Shown piece by piece: positions 11,501 to 20,700 of a stretch of 64,000 nt of DNA. Below the pieces are notes generated by a model. It saw only the letters and a program-made list of their open reading frames with translations, was not told the origin of the DNA and ran no database searches. The translations under genes were made by a program, and so were the position numbers. Numbering within the stretch: position 1 is the first letter of the stretch; the number at the start of each line of letters is the position of its first letter. Source of the stretch: Giardia intestinalis (Eukaryota); NCBI GenBank assembly GCA_000002435.2, contig CM018789.1. The stretch is one strand, 5' to 3'.

Positions 11501-14127
11501 TGACTCTCTTCAAATCTGCAACAATCTTCCAATTGTCTATCATTCATGCGCGAAAATATCTTGAATGCAACAAAGTTATTACACTCAGCTTGGTGTGACC
11601 TAGCAAAAATAGTTGCACAACGTTTGCAGCAGCCTAGAAAGATACTACAATTGGGGCAATAGACTGCGGTTGACTCTATCTCGAAGGATGTTGTTGTTGA
11701 AATAGTGTGCATATAACTTGACACGATCTCCCTGACAGCTGGCAGATACCGGGAATGCTCACGCGAAAACTTGCAGTAAGTGATGAAAGATGACATCTGC
11801 GCACCTAGTTTATCTATCATTCTATCCTTTCGCTCCACCCCATCTCTGTATGATGGAGGCTCCGTTTTCGCAGAGGGTGTGGGCCAATCTTTAATAATTG
11901 TTGGATCTGGGGTGCAACTTGAGGGTTGAGAAGGTTTAGTACTTAGTGAGCGATTTCTCTCTTTTGTCATGGGTCTGAATTGAGGTTGCTTAACGTCTGC
12001 TGACATGGACCTACTCACAGGCTCGGAACTAAATCGGTTTGAAAGGATAGCTGATGAATGCAATATAGAGGGAGGTCTGTGCTTTATTCTCTCTCCAGAA
12101 GATTTTGGAAGTGAATAAGCAACTGCAGACCGAGTTCGAGACGCAAAAATGGCTTCTGTTCCAATAGAGTGCTGGTAGTAATGAGGCTGGACTTCGTCAT
12201 GCAAAAGGCCCTTGGCAGAGAGTGTCTTTCGATATTCTGCCAAGATATTCTGCAGGGACTCGGAGCCTTCTTCGGGGGCTTCATACTGTCTAAGCTGCAT
12301 CGCAATATTATCAACAGACGACGGAGAGACGTTAGAGATTTGCCTTCCGAAACTACTCTTGTCTCTGCAGCAAACATGGCAAAAATCGGGAAGATAAAGA
12401 AAACGTATGATTGCCTTGACCAACTCAATACGTTGGCAGATATCTAAATCCTCCCAACTGTTCACACGGAGGTGCAAGCCCAACAGTGTTGCGTTATATT
12501 TATTCATATCCTCTGCAGATACTATAGCATATTGTAGCTCTGAGTCATCTTCATAGGTAGTAGATAGAGGTGTGGATCTATTACTAGAGGTAGATGATCT
12601 TTCGATAGCCAACGTAGCCAATAGAGAATGGTGCTCTCGCCTAGGCCGTGGAATGCTAGCTGGAAGAGGACATGGGTTGACAGGTATAGATGATGAAGGC
12701 CCTGATATAGCTGGCTGGGCCGGTCTGCTTGAAAGTCTGACCGAGGCTGCACGGTTCTGGACTGAGGACTGGGGATCGAAAGGAATCTCAAAGGCATGAA
12801 CGGCACTGGCAAGTCCAGCTACCGATGTCACATGGCTGTTACTAAGTTGTTCATGACTAGAATTAAGACTACAACTGGTGGATTGACGTTTCAGTTGCTT
12901 TAAAGGCTGGCTGAAAGAACGTTGGAATGGTCCCGCTTGTGATAAATTCTCTACAAAGGGGGTCAATATATCGCTTACTGTATGCGTCAGTTGAACAAGT
13001 CCTTTGGTACCTAGGTCTAGATCATGATCTGCTTGCATAGAAGTGTTTGAAAGTGCTTGGACGTCTGAACAGATACTCTGCAGATTGAAGTAGGTCTGTG
13101 CAAAGGAGGGGCTTGTGGTTAGGTTGTCAAAATGAGGCGCTAATTCAGCTTCAGCGTTCTGGCCTCGAAATAACCGTTTTCGGAATTGGCATACCAAGGT
13201 CTCGGGTGGAGCAGAGGTTATGGGCCCAGTCTCGGCTCCAACGTGGAGAGCAAAGCATACCGACTTTGTGGACTGCTTACTTCTTTCTCGATCCTCTACC
13301 TCCTTTAAATATTGGTAGGCAGGATCCATGGAATAGAGGTAGCGTCGCTGTATAGGGGATACAGAGAGATGCTCTTCCTCAATGCAGGTCCGGACATCGT
13401 CTGACGTTTCCAGTATTCGGGGAATACATAGGTCAGCATTAGCATACCTCATACAGCTATCTTCGCATGTGTCTAGATCATTGTAAGCTTCCTCTCGTGC
13501 CGCCTGCATACACTGCGCTACAAGTGCTTCATTCCTCTTGATAGCTCTTTTCTGCATAGCTGTTAGCCTCAGACGTATCGACTTATAGGCATAAGTAACT
13601 GCTTTCAGGGCAGATATAGCCTGATGCTCCTTATAGGATCTAATAAGCTGCACCCCATCGTAGACAATTAAGTCTTCAATGTCTAGTTGGTGGGCTTGCC
13701 CTAGAACCATCCGTGGGGGTATCAAGAGGTATATTGTCTTGAAACAGATCGCTGTCTTTTCAAAAAGCCCATAGTACTCGTCTCCGCTAGTACTGCGAGC
13801 ATTGAGATCCTTTGGATTTATCTCAGAAAAGAGCATGACGAGGATTGTCGGCATAGACATGTCGTTGAAATCACTGATTTTCTCCAGAGTATATTGAATA
13901 CTTGCCACAGCCTTTCCGATGTGCTCCTCATTATGAGTACTATCAGGTGGTTTCACAACTAGGTAACGTGGCAAGGGATCAAAGGTAAGAAACGGAGACA
14001 CCGCGTCGACAAAGTGGTACAGCAAAGCAGTTTCTTGGCGCGTGTACAGCAGATCCATATATATCGCGCTTCTTGTGACAGAAATCTGGAGATACTTTCC
14101 CCAACGGACATCATTTATGGACAGCAT
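5599..14127 (-). CDS. Giant (2842 aa) hypothetical protein, lineage-specific, with S/T/P-rich linkers and a Cys cluster
   Basis: Single uninterrupted ORF with an ATG start (MLSINDV). Composition is protein-like throughout. The only cluster I can see is CPNCSIFLGCCKRCATIFARSHQAEC. I cannot recognise a catalytic domain by eye. The C-terminus lies 53 bp from the kinesin start. Confidence 0.6.
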   Translation of the reverse strand: MLSINDVRWGKYLQISVTRSAIYMDLLYTRQETALLYHFVDAVSPFLTFDPLPRYLVVKPPDSTHNEEHIGKAVASIQYTLEKISDFNDMSMPTILVMLFSEINPKDLNARSTSGDEYYGLFEKTAICFKTIYLLIPPRMVLGQAHQLDIEDLIVYDGVQLIRSYKEHQAISALKAVTYAYKSIRLRLTAMQKRAIKRNEALVAQCMQAAREEAYNDLDTCEDSCMRYANADLCIPRILETSDDVRTCIEEEHLSVSPIQRRYLYSMDPAYQYLKEVEDRERSKQSTKSVCFALHVGAETGPITSAPPETLVCQFRKRLFRGQNAEAELAPHFDNLTTSPSFAQTYFNLQSICSDVQALSNTSMQADHDLDLGTKGLVQLTHTVSDILTPFVENLSQAGPFQRSFSQPLKQLKRQSTSCSLNSSHEQLSNSHVTSVAGLASAVHAFEIPFDPQSSVQNRAASVRLSSRPAQPAISGPSSSIPVNPCPLPASIPRPRREHHSLLATLAIERSSTSSNRSTPLSTTYEDDSELQYAIVSAEDMNKYNATLLGLHLRVNSWEDLDICQRIELVKAIIRFLYLPDFCHVCCRDKSSFGRQISNVSPSSVDNIAMQLRQYEAPEEGSESLQNILAEYRKTLSAKGLLHDEVQPHYYQHSIGTEAIFASRTRSAVAYSLPKSSGERIKHRPPSILHSSAILSNRFSSEPVSRSMSADVKQPQFRPMTKERNRSLSTKPSQPSSCTPDPTIIKDWPTPSAKTEPPSYRDGVERKDRMIDKLGAQMSSFITYCKFSREHSRYLPAVREIVSSYMHTISTTTSFEIESTAVYCPNCSIFLGCCKRCATIFARSHQAECNNFVAFKIFSRMNDRQLEDCCRFEESQSVQKVVKIESSEANRLRKILADFDIIASRDMDTLQNYIDEKPKVMEGESDIIKEYREQQLGTLSYTDNQIHLLQQQGDLMLNKVHGIIKQKNEKYRSIKHAADLPHIPEDMTEELTKALTNNDTNALRKVLRSLLEQRRVCSDSLISDIKDINLQDKGQEHNLTTFFTSLIDLLRAQYQNNLDELHVQQDHAIHDRFLAVTADLRLCSLLEVLKQDILGCTARLSQKRFNPMLTDVTVFSSGRQSKPSSISTTDTSYTDMYSAMRDLAAGLLAKEKMDTRKRKPVELQRNPSYELDTIANVCTDFIESVSTYGHQNQESVTGSFEETNPIDNKSCSSFTSLLRGKADYESGASDGKITRMLPSPRTNTRKNTPRHLMEESQGSLLESSINKSLCEVITESLATALTIDPYRQYLIKQLPKHLHQDLIDARSYLGFRRPNSTVISFPPEVYMALEKQKGMVVILGSGTQNVISEGISSPRLIGSALSHTHTTEVESEEEVTLGYAELTYNSIYMIQPDLLLAIDELQHILDQSEFFYNDIADIIAQHSAQLRVQHKIAQLKSAIKKDLYALARASRQSRHGSEAIKITNQEVEYEYIKRYGHDMRKFVFSFSKSHSELLYVDHIEAIKAIMDSLLPLYQYTQLYLSRIQSSVQRLKKVVKDKKTLLKKTSLNLGKVSSTHRALSELTIAVEMKLRQKQLLFEKALSASPSPTRALRRPMQLRDTEMSTPRFSVQDIYSASVSSIASCATSGRSQSSTTLKNTDSSLQQHAEGSMNVIYSQGLAPKGLKGSVFTRFPTDERKVDAASNMKYYNSGLPTLVTPGILQQSTLPKESPDISHRSISLNNSQVSHTGLLMEASKDKDTRSDGDDSHSTTVRMIARRMRRGGRKVVLVPKKSRKMHGSEECSDYEFNPDDMLGISSITVPSDKLQQEAGTVGELVDMSDCFCKSRKRRALPPLSQRPSSKERSSKELFSTNEVMELYRLEDYRSNAMSEPEVSKPKKARLKAVRNIANAGGHRLHKDRQVQQMLSSLENLWKKENIPSSQKHDLFSSSSDTELDTLTVVVNIEKELDYMQQINPPISKSYESSIAQPYAIEDFSETTMQIQRDLHVLSPDPSVDLPRKPRTNIPPRSQSPYKAYRYRQDKLSMPNMPSPVNVETSYIADTNPYFFENVCNDTKEAENPSVLASIGSLLFSQREISRKCDSKTSPSELTSDPPLLLNPLREQLNNLVKVELPRADQMVDTSTKPCTADSKVSQQPFRGSPKRNLPPDHGVGEAEIDFKALNLSGIHKRLNPDNKKTLQPVFPAQLCTASIASSPIPEYAQDAAFQSSIQRLNNAQVHNTSQLRRLLYHQKDSREGTKYQYNESTLEKNNVLERYRQFRQMYGCNESKQHTLSMQVRSSPLTQTEHANNSPLRESLKLLEKLPRHSRILASSSHAVDERPGNVLTSSSSSESLRMATESTAESSATLIGVNLCMKEHSAVATTGVQSVVEAQHFDKGLQKIDASQRSSLQILDLSSDSSTITDTPAYQFLPDYSLLQSEDLNESDSESQSSLSVKGNILHRLSSERKISPLRNVMHAPNSLSGPQSTAGVTTIGLLPPPPPRVPPPSTSSRRVHLINLPGPPAGVLPVHRSSSDPILTNETVPKHAEVPPSSAPSEILVNTDDGDRLTTEPVESLPITSSLYVANSVVPQEEIDRSDRYIESYNRLRLLGRTSLEKPDKQVEHPAPHLVLQAHTQRNLLLAEARKMEPLASITIYDIFSSVYTFDLSDIQPNSTLSQSDQIYGLAQKELEGANMMLDLFVELLNDIYMTEKPIEAFQQLIRARADLSKYKIRGMRMITRVMKIQALEVPQYSNGDFATFIRKLNLFRGNGYPFIFNNYAIMWCNFITKYVAICKHLDFLIANCLYKDINIIDTRPSEPHINFSTVYENPDLPFSIPRFNFRCLSPAERRLYLGLYSTNLLSKGSG

Positions 14128-14375
14128 CCAGTTTTTTGAAGGTACTCAAGTCTCTGTTATCACATGCACAGAATGATCTTAGCCATCTCAATAGCGTAAG
14201 GCACCATTGTCTCATCGCAAATGGCAAGGAGGCCACAGGGGATTCACTCGAGTTTCGTCAATTGGATTCAAAAAAATAAAGCTCAATTCAAAGATTTTGA
14301 CTAAACTAGCAATGTGCAGAAATTTACCCATAATAATCATCTATCCTTGTAGGATCCTTGTAGGGACTATAGACA

Positions 14376-15344
14376 ATGATAGCATATTACAATGCAACTC
14401 TCATAGGGTTCCTGCTCCTGAGCCTACTTCATGCTTCGCTTACTAACTTTTGGGCCGCAAAGCTGTCTGAAGTTACAGTAAGAAACCCTCTATCAGTTTT
14501 TAAAATAAAGATTGAATCCGAATTAAAAAAATTGTATATGAATCATCCGGGCGTAAAGCTCGCCATTGCAAGGTACTCACGCACAGCGATTAACAAGAAT
14601 GCTAGCGAAACGCAGAAGCCTCTTCTCATCACCAGCATTCACATAGATTCTGGAGGCTTGACATCTTTGCCTCGGCTTTCGTTTTTCCCGGCTGCTACAA
14701 AGCTCCAGGCAAGCCATAATAAGATTACAGAGATTTTGGACAACTGGAACGACAAAATTGAAGACGTGGACCTGTCTGATAACCAGCTAACAAGCTTTCC
14801 AGAGATAGGAGGGGTCATGCTAATGTCCTTGAATCTGAGCGAAAATGCCCTTCGAAACATAACAATTCCAAGGCAACTTCCGCACCTTATGGAACTGAAC
14901 CTTTCAATTCAGTGCGAGAAGCAGGCCGCGCCTACTGACTCTGGGGGCTTCTGCAGCGTGTTTTCGGACAGCTTCTCCCAGTCTCTCTTCGACAACTGCC
15001 CGCAGCTTCAGTCAATAAATATATCTATGACAGGAATTACTAGCCTCTCGTGTCTAGAGAGGTGCGACAGTCTGAGGCAGATAATCTGTCTGAAAAACCC
15101 CATAGAGAACTTGCAGGATGTATTGCCGTTTCTCCATGACCGGCTCATATACCTCGACTTGTCTGACTGCCCAGTTGCCAAAGATAGACGACTATTCGAG
15201 GCTGTCTGCGCCAAGTGTCCCGATCTTTCATTCTTTAACAGCAAAAGATATACCGAGCAGCAAGTAAGGTTCACAGGGAGCAAGTACCTTCGTGAGCAGA
15301 AACGGAGAGACATTTCTAGCAAGGATCAAGCCAGGAAGAGTTAA
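14376..15344 (+). CDS. Leucine-rich-repeat protein with a hydrophobic N-terminus (signal or TM)
   Basis: ATG start with an A-rich context (acaATGata). N-terminus is MIAYYNATLIGFLLLSLLHASLTNFW. The LRR run is LSDNQLTSFPEIGGVMLMSLNLSENALRNITIPRQLPHLMELNLS. Confidence 0.55.
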   Translation: MIAYYNATLIGFLLLSLLHASLTNFWAAKLSEVTVRNPLSVFKIKIESELKKLYMNHPGVKLAIARYSRTAINKNASETQKPLLITSIHIDSGGLTSLPRLSFFPAATKLQASHNKITEILDNWNDKIEDVDLSDNQLTSFPEIGGVMLMSLNLSENALRNITIPRQLPHLMELNLSIQCEKQAAPTDSGGFCSVFSDSFSQSLFDNCPQLQSINISMTGITSLSCLERCDSLRQIICLKNPIENLQDVLPFLHDRLIYLDLSDCPVAKDRRLFEAVCAKCPDLSFFNSKRYTEQQVRFTGSKYLREQKRRDISSKDQARKS

Positions 15345-15494
15345 ATTGACTGATTAGTTGCGCCGCAGAAGTGCAGCAGCTCTGTTTATGGGCATAATAC
15401 TTATCGTCATTGCCGTAATTAGGCCTTGAAACGTCAACACATCAAAAGTTCAACATCAAAAGGTTTAGTAAGTTAGTAAATGTAAATTAGGCTT

Positions 15495-17687
15495 ATGGAT
15501 CCCTTGGCTACACAGCAGCGTATAGTCTCTGAACCCACACGAGGGTCGGAAAGGCCAGGTAATGACATAAAGTCTCTCGTAATCTCATTTTTCACTACGT
15601 TCACCAGAGCAGATGATGTCCAGCCATACATTCGCTCCATCAAGAATATCTTGGAAACTCATGACTCCCTTGTCATCGATATCGGAGATATCCGAGGCCA
15701 TTCTCCTCAACTGTATGATAGACTCGTTGTACAACCCGCGCACGTGCTTCAAGTGATTACCCAGGTTGTTGAATCCATGCTAGCTGAAGAGTCCTCCGGC
15801 TCTACACCTTACCTCAAGCCAAATATAATACTGCAGTATACTTCACTGGACGGGTCCCTACGTCCCTCTGAACTACGGGCAAAGCATATCAACCGTTTAG
15901 TTTCTGTTCGAGCGATTGTCTCTGGAACCTCCCGGCTCCGCTCTAAAACACAGCTGCTTGTTGCCAAGTGCCGCGGTTGTGGCCACAAGTATCGCCAAGC
16001 TCTTGTTAGTGGACTGGATGCAATCGTTCTTCCCACTACCTGCCTGAGTGAAAAAGCACAAGGTGACTCTTCCAAATGTGGAAAGTCACCATACGTTATT
16101 AACCCGCATAGTTGCGTGTATATCGATCAACAAAGCATCAAACTCCAAGATATACCCGGAGACATGCCATTCTATAGGCCGACAGGAGGTGACGATATCG
16201 AGGGACTTGGGGGTCTCGAGGGAGGTGCACAAGCAGGTACAGCTGAGGATGGGGGCTCTACTGTCTTACCAGCTGTTTTAGAGGGTCATGTGGTAAAGCC
16301 GGATCTTCTGGCCGGATGCAAGCTTATTGTGACGGGTACCTTGGTTGCTAAGCCAGGAACAAAGATAGTGTACTTGCTAGGACATGGCATACACGTCGTA
16401 GACTCAGCAGATGAGTTCGATCATATTCAGACAGTGCAGAACTTCTACTCTGCGGAAGATATACCAAAGTTTCACGCATTTAAAAACCAACCAAATGTGA
16501 TTTCAGTCATAGAGTCACTGATTGCTCCTCAAATTGAAGGTATGGAGGATGCCAAACGAGCTATTGCATGTCTTCTTTTTGGGGGAACTAATAAGTATAC
16601 GCAAGAGCTAATACGACTTAGAGGCAACATAAACGTTCTCCTAATATCGGACCCAGGGTTGGGGAAGAGTGAGCTGCTTTTGGAGGCGTCTCGCCTGGCT
16701 CCAATTGGCATCTATACAAGTGGCAAATCAACCTCTGCAGTAGGGTTAACCGCCGGCGTTATGCGCGATAAGGCCACAAGCGAGTTTTTTCTAGAAGGGG
16801 GTGCGCTTGTCCTTGCAGATAAAGGGATTGTTTGCATAGACGAGTTAGACAAAATGAACGAGACAGATAGAGTGGCACTCCATGAAGCGATGGAACAAGG
16901 ATCCATTTCAATTAGCAAGGCAGGAATCTCCACCACGCTTAATGCACGGACATCCATACTTGCTGCAGCTAATCCGACCCTCGGTCGTTTTGATGACTTT
17001 CAGAAAGCAGCTGACCAGATAGACTTCTCCGTGACCATCTTAACCAGGTTTGATCTTGTGTTCATGCTGAAGGACAAACAGAGCCCAGAAAGAGACGCAA
17101 TGATTGTCAACAAAATAGCTAGGATTGCAGCGGGAGAAAGACCCGCCTCTGTGGCTTCACACCAGGAGCAGAACCCAATGTTTACCCAGTCATTCCTTAA
17201 AAAGTATATAGCCTATGCGCAAGCAACCTGTACGCCCAAGTTAGATCAGAGCTCTCTAGAAATCTTGAAGGCTGCCTACATAAGGTATAGAGCAGATGCT
17301 CTTAAGAACAGCTCTGCTATTCCCATCACTGTGAGACAGCTAGAGGCACTTATACGCCTCTCTGAGTCGTTTGCAAAAATGCGTCTTTCCCCAGTTGTGA
17401 CAGTGGAGGATGTAGAATACGCAATCGACATCTTCCAGAAGAGTACCGCAGACGCACTTCAGGCAGGGATATCTGACCCCTCGTTAACTAACTCTACCAT
17501 AATTGCACAGGTGGAGCAAACACTCTTAAGAATGATACCCCATGGTGCCATACTTTCCAAAAGCGCTGTTCTACGGGACTCGGCACGCTTGGGTCTATCG
17601 GAGGCTGTAGTTGTCTACGTCATCACCAAATTAATCAACTCCAACGTCCTGGAGGTAATTCGAGGCACCATGTTGAAGAGAAAATAA
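15495..17687 (+). CDS. MCM family replicative helicase subunit (MCM2-7 family; the 730-aa size and the N-terminal QPAHVLQV segment suggest MCM5)
   Basis: Walker A LLISDPGLGKSELL is present. The MCM box is IDELDKMNETDRVALHEAMEQGSISISKAGI, followed by NARTSILAAANP..GRFD and the arginine-finger region TRFDLVFML. A Cys-rich N-terminal zinc-finger segment is also present. Confidence 0.85.
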   Translation: MDPLATQQRIVSEPTRGSERPGNDIKSLVISFFTTFTRADDVQPYIRSIKNILETHDSLVIDIGDIRGHSPQLYDRLVVQPAHVLQVITQVVESMLAEESSGSTPYLKPNIILQYTSLDGSLRPSELRAKHINRLVSVRAIVSGTSRLRSKTQLLVAKCRGCGHKYRQALVSGLDAIVLPTTCLSEKAQGDSSKCGKSPYVINPHSCVYIDQQSIKLQDIPGDMPFYRPTGGDDIEGLGGLEGGAQAGTAEDGGSTVLPAVLEGHVVKPDLLAGCKLIVTGTLVAKPGTKIVYLLGHGIHVVDSADEFDHIQTVQNFYSAEDIPKFHAFKNQPNVISVIESLIAPQIEGMEDAKRAIACLLFGGTNKYTQELIRLRGNINVLLISDPGLGKSELLLEASRLAPIGIYTSGKSTSAVGLTAGVMRDKATSEFFLEGGALVLADKGIVCIDELDKMNETDRVALHEAMEQGSISISKAGISTTLNARTSILAAANPTLGRFDDFQKAADQIDFSVTILTRFDLVFMLKDKQSPERDAMIVNKIARIAAGERPASVASHQEQNPMFTQSFLKKYIAYAQATCTPKLDQSSLEILKAAYIRYRADALKNSSAIPITVRQLEALIRLSESFAKMRLSPVVTVEDVEYAIDIFQKSTADALQAGISDPSLTNSTIIAQVEQTLLRMIPHGAILSKSAVLRDSARLGLSEAVVVYVITKLINSNVLEVIRGTMLKRK

Positions 17688-17711
17688 AAGCGAGTGAACA
17701 AATTTAAAAAA

Positions 17712-20700
17712 ATGAGTTCCAACGGTGGCAGCGAGGCTGCGGTGGATCAGACTACGGCCCCCATAGATCCGCATGTGGTCGCAGAGGAGTCCCTGAAGCT
17801 GGCATGTGATAGACTAGAGAAAGCTGTTTCAACCAAGCGAGAGCAGGCGGTTGCTGCTGCTGTAGACAACCTGTACAACCTGTTCAACGATTCCAATTCG
17901 CCAACGACTGGGGTTCCAATTGTCCTCCGATACATAGAACCATACATCAATTCACTGATTGACTACTATGAAGCATCCAGAAATAAGAAACTGGGATCAA
18001 TTGCTCTGAAGCTCCTGCTGATTTATCGAGTGGACTCTCCCGATTTCCTTCAGCTCTTTGGGTGCATTTATTATGAAACCCACGCCACTGCATTGGAACT
18101 TTGGTCAGTGGAATTCTTATGCGGTGCTGCCAACTATTTTGCACAATTTTATGGTAACTACATTTATCTTAGGAAGGAGAAAGGCGAGGCATTGATCTCT
18201 GATTTATGTAACTGCATCAACAATTTCCATATTAACTGTCAGACAGCTTATGAAATCTTGCTCTCGGATGTAGAGCGGCTTACACAGAAGAACATGGAGT
18301 CTGAAGCAATAGATTGTCTTATTGAGGCCAGGCTTTGTACCAATGTTAAGGCTCTTACGACGATTATTAACAAGGGCAACATACATGGCCTGGCGGAATA
18401 CCTCTATCAATGTGCTGTTTACGGAGATCCTGCGCAACGTAACCAAATCATCCTGGCGCTGGTGCAAGTTTATCTATCTCTTGATATGGTCTGTGATGCT
18501 TTTGTGCTCCTGCTCTCTCTCTGCTTCTTCTCCTATGCCAAAAGCATCCTATATAAAACAACCCTAATTAACCGATTGCTTCAAATGGCCTACCTTATTG
18601 CTTGTAACGGCTGCTGCTGTCATTTTTCCCGCAACGATTTTCGAAAAGCTTTGGCATCCAGTTCTTCTTTTGCAGAGGATACAGATAGCTTGGAAAAGCA
18701 AACAGATGAGCTCTGGCTGGTTGCTTGCAATGCATACACACATACACACCTCCTCTCACTTGTCAGTGAACTGGAACTAAATGTGCCACGTAGTGTTGCA
18801 GAGATCCTTAAGGCTGACCAGCTCTCATTCAAGGCAAAGCATCTCGATAGGCTATATGGCCCCTTAGGAGACTATCTAATGAACGGGTTTGCTAATGCGG
18901 CAATGGGGACCGACAAGCTATTAGCCTCTCACAAAATTTACCGTTACAAACAACGTGATGTTAAAGGAAAACCCATAACAACTAACGAAGACATTGTCGT
19001 GCCCGCTCCCACCGAGCTCGACCTTCCTTTACACTCTGACAGGGAAGACGCAAACGCGGAAGGTACTGGCTCCAACGGTTTAACGTCGGAAGGCAGCACA
19101 CTCTTGGAACACTCAGTATCCCCCATCACTTCCATTATCCAGACCGTTGGAGCAGCCTCAGTGGGGCTTATATACTTGTATCACGGGAATGGTCACGGAC
19201 AGGCATTTAACGTTATAAGTAGATACTTCTCGTCTCCTCATCACTGGGTACGTGCTGGTGCTGTCTTGGCTTTGGGGCTCTCTGCTGCCAACACACAAGA
19301 CCCCACGGGACTGGATCCTGCTCTCCGCATGATGGGTGGCGTGTTTAATCTATTTCATGTCAATCCTGCTGAATCATTCAGCTTCCATGAATATTTTCCT
19401 TACAGCTGTAATATTATCAGAAAGCAGCTTTCGGAACTTCAATCGGGCTCACGCCCAAGCCAATCATCAAGAGGTATAAACAGCAACCCTCAGACTATTT
19501 CAGAAGAAGGCCGTGAGGAGGAGTCTGTTTTTGCCAATGTCCAATATATGGTATCCCAAAGGGTCTCAGCCTCCCACTCTAGAGAGAGCGACACTCGAAC
19601 AAGGCAGCAGTACATGGAAGACTTAAAGCGTATCATAAACAATCCACACATAGAGAAAGCGTATAGCATTATTCCTCATACCAATTTCCCGTCACCTGCT
19701 ATTAGTATCGATATAAAGGACGAGCATGAGTACCTGTACATGTCTCAGGCCAGTGCTGCACTTGGAATAGGTGTAGCATACGCGGGAACTAGCAATAAGC
19801 TGGCAATAGAGATACTATATCAACGCCTCTCTTTGTCCTCGACCAACGTATGTAAGCATGTGCCTATACTTGAGAAGAATCCTCGATCCACAGGCTGCCT
19901 GGCTCTTGGGCTTGTACTAGCAAGTACAGCAAATATGGATGCTGCAAACTTTATACTGCGGGTTATGGCAGGAAACACTAGGAATCAGCGATCCTTACGG
20001 TTTTTCCCGCTGAAGCCAGTTGGGTTGGGATGCATCTTTATGCGTGCAGGGCGCACAGAGGAAGGTCAGCGAAGAATGAAAGACTTCTGTGATAACATGT
20101 ATGACAAGCTACTCCAAATAGATACACCAGACAGTAAGCAAGAGCACGGCCCAATGCCCAGTCCAGAGGAGCACCTGTATCTGGCAGCATACGTTCAGTC
20201 CGTAATCACCGTCTGTGGATATGCCTTTACAGGAAATATATCTATCATTTCAGAAATAATGCAGAGCATTTATGAGACAATCTCCGGAAGAGTTGCAGCG
20301 GAGGAGACCATTAACTTGAACAAGCTTGGTTCAGCAACTAAGCCGGGGTCCCGCTCTAGCTCTAGACCTGTGGATTCTCCAGACGACACTTCCTCAAACA
20401 CGTCTAGATCACAGGGCAGAACTATTGCTCGTCTGCCTCGTTCAAGATCTGAAAGGAGTCAGAGTCGTTACAACGCAGACGATCAAACACGAGCAAACAA
20501 TATGGCGGCTTACACTGCAGATAGTGGTATGCCTCTGCAACTACCTCGTGATAACACTACTCTCTGGCCGGGCGAGAATTTGGATCCAGTTGGCATATTA
20601 GTCGCGGGCCTTGGGCTTGTTGCAGGTAATGACCCCGTTTGCTCAATGATGGTCACGCGCTTTATCAACAGGATTATGCAATATGGTAGTAGCTATGCCA

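Noticed and set aside
14207-14446. 79-aa + ORF just upstream of the LRR gene
   Set aside because: It sits in the divergent promoter gap, overlaps the real ATG of the LRR gene, and has no features.
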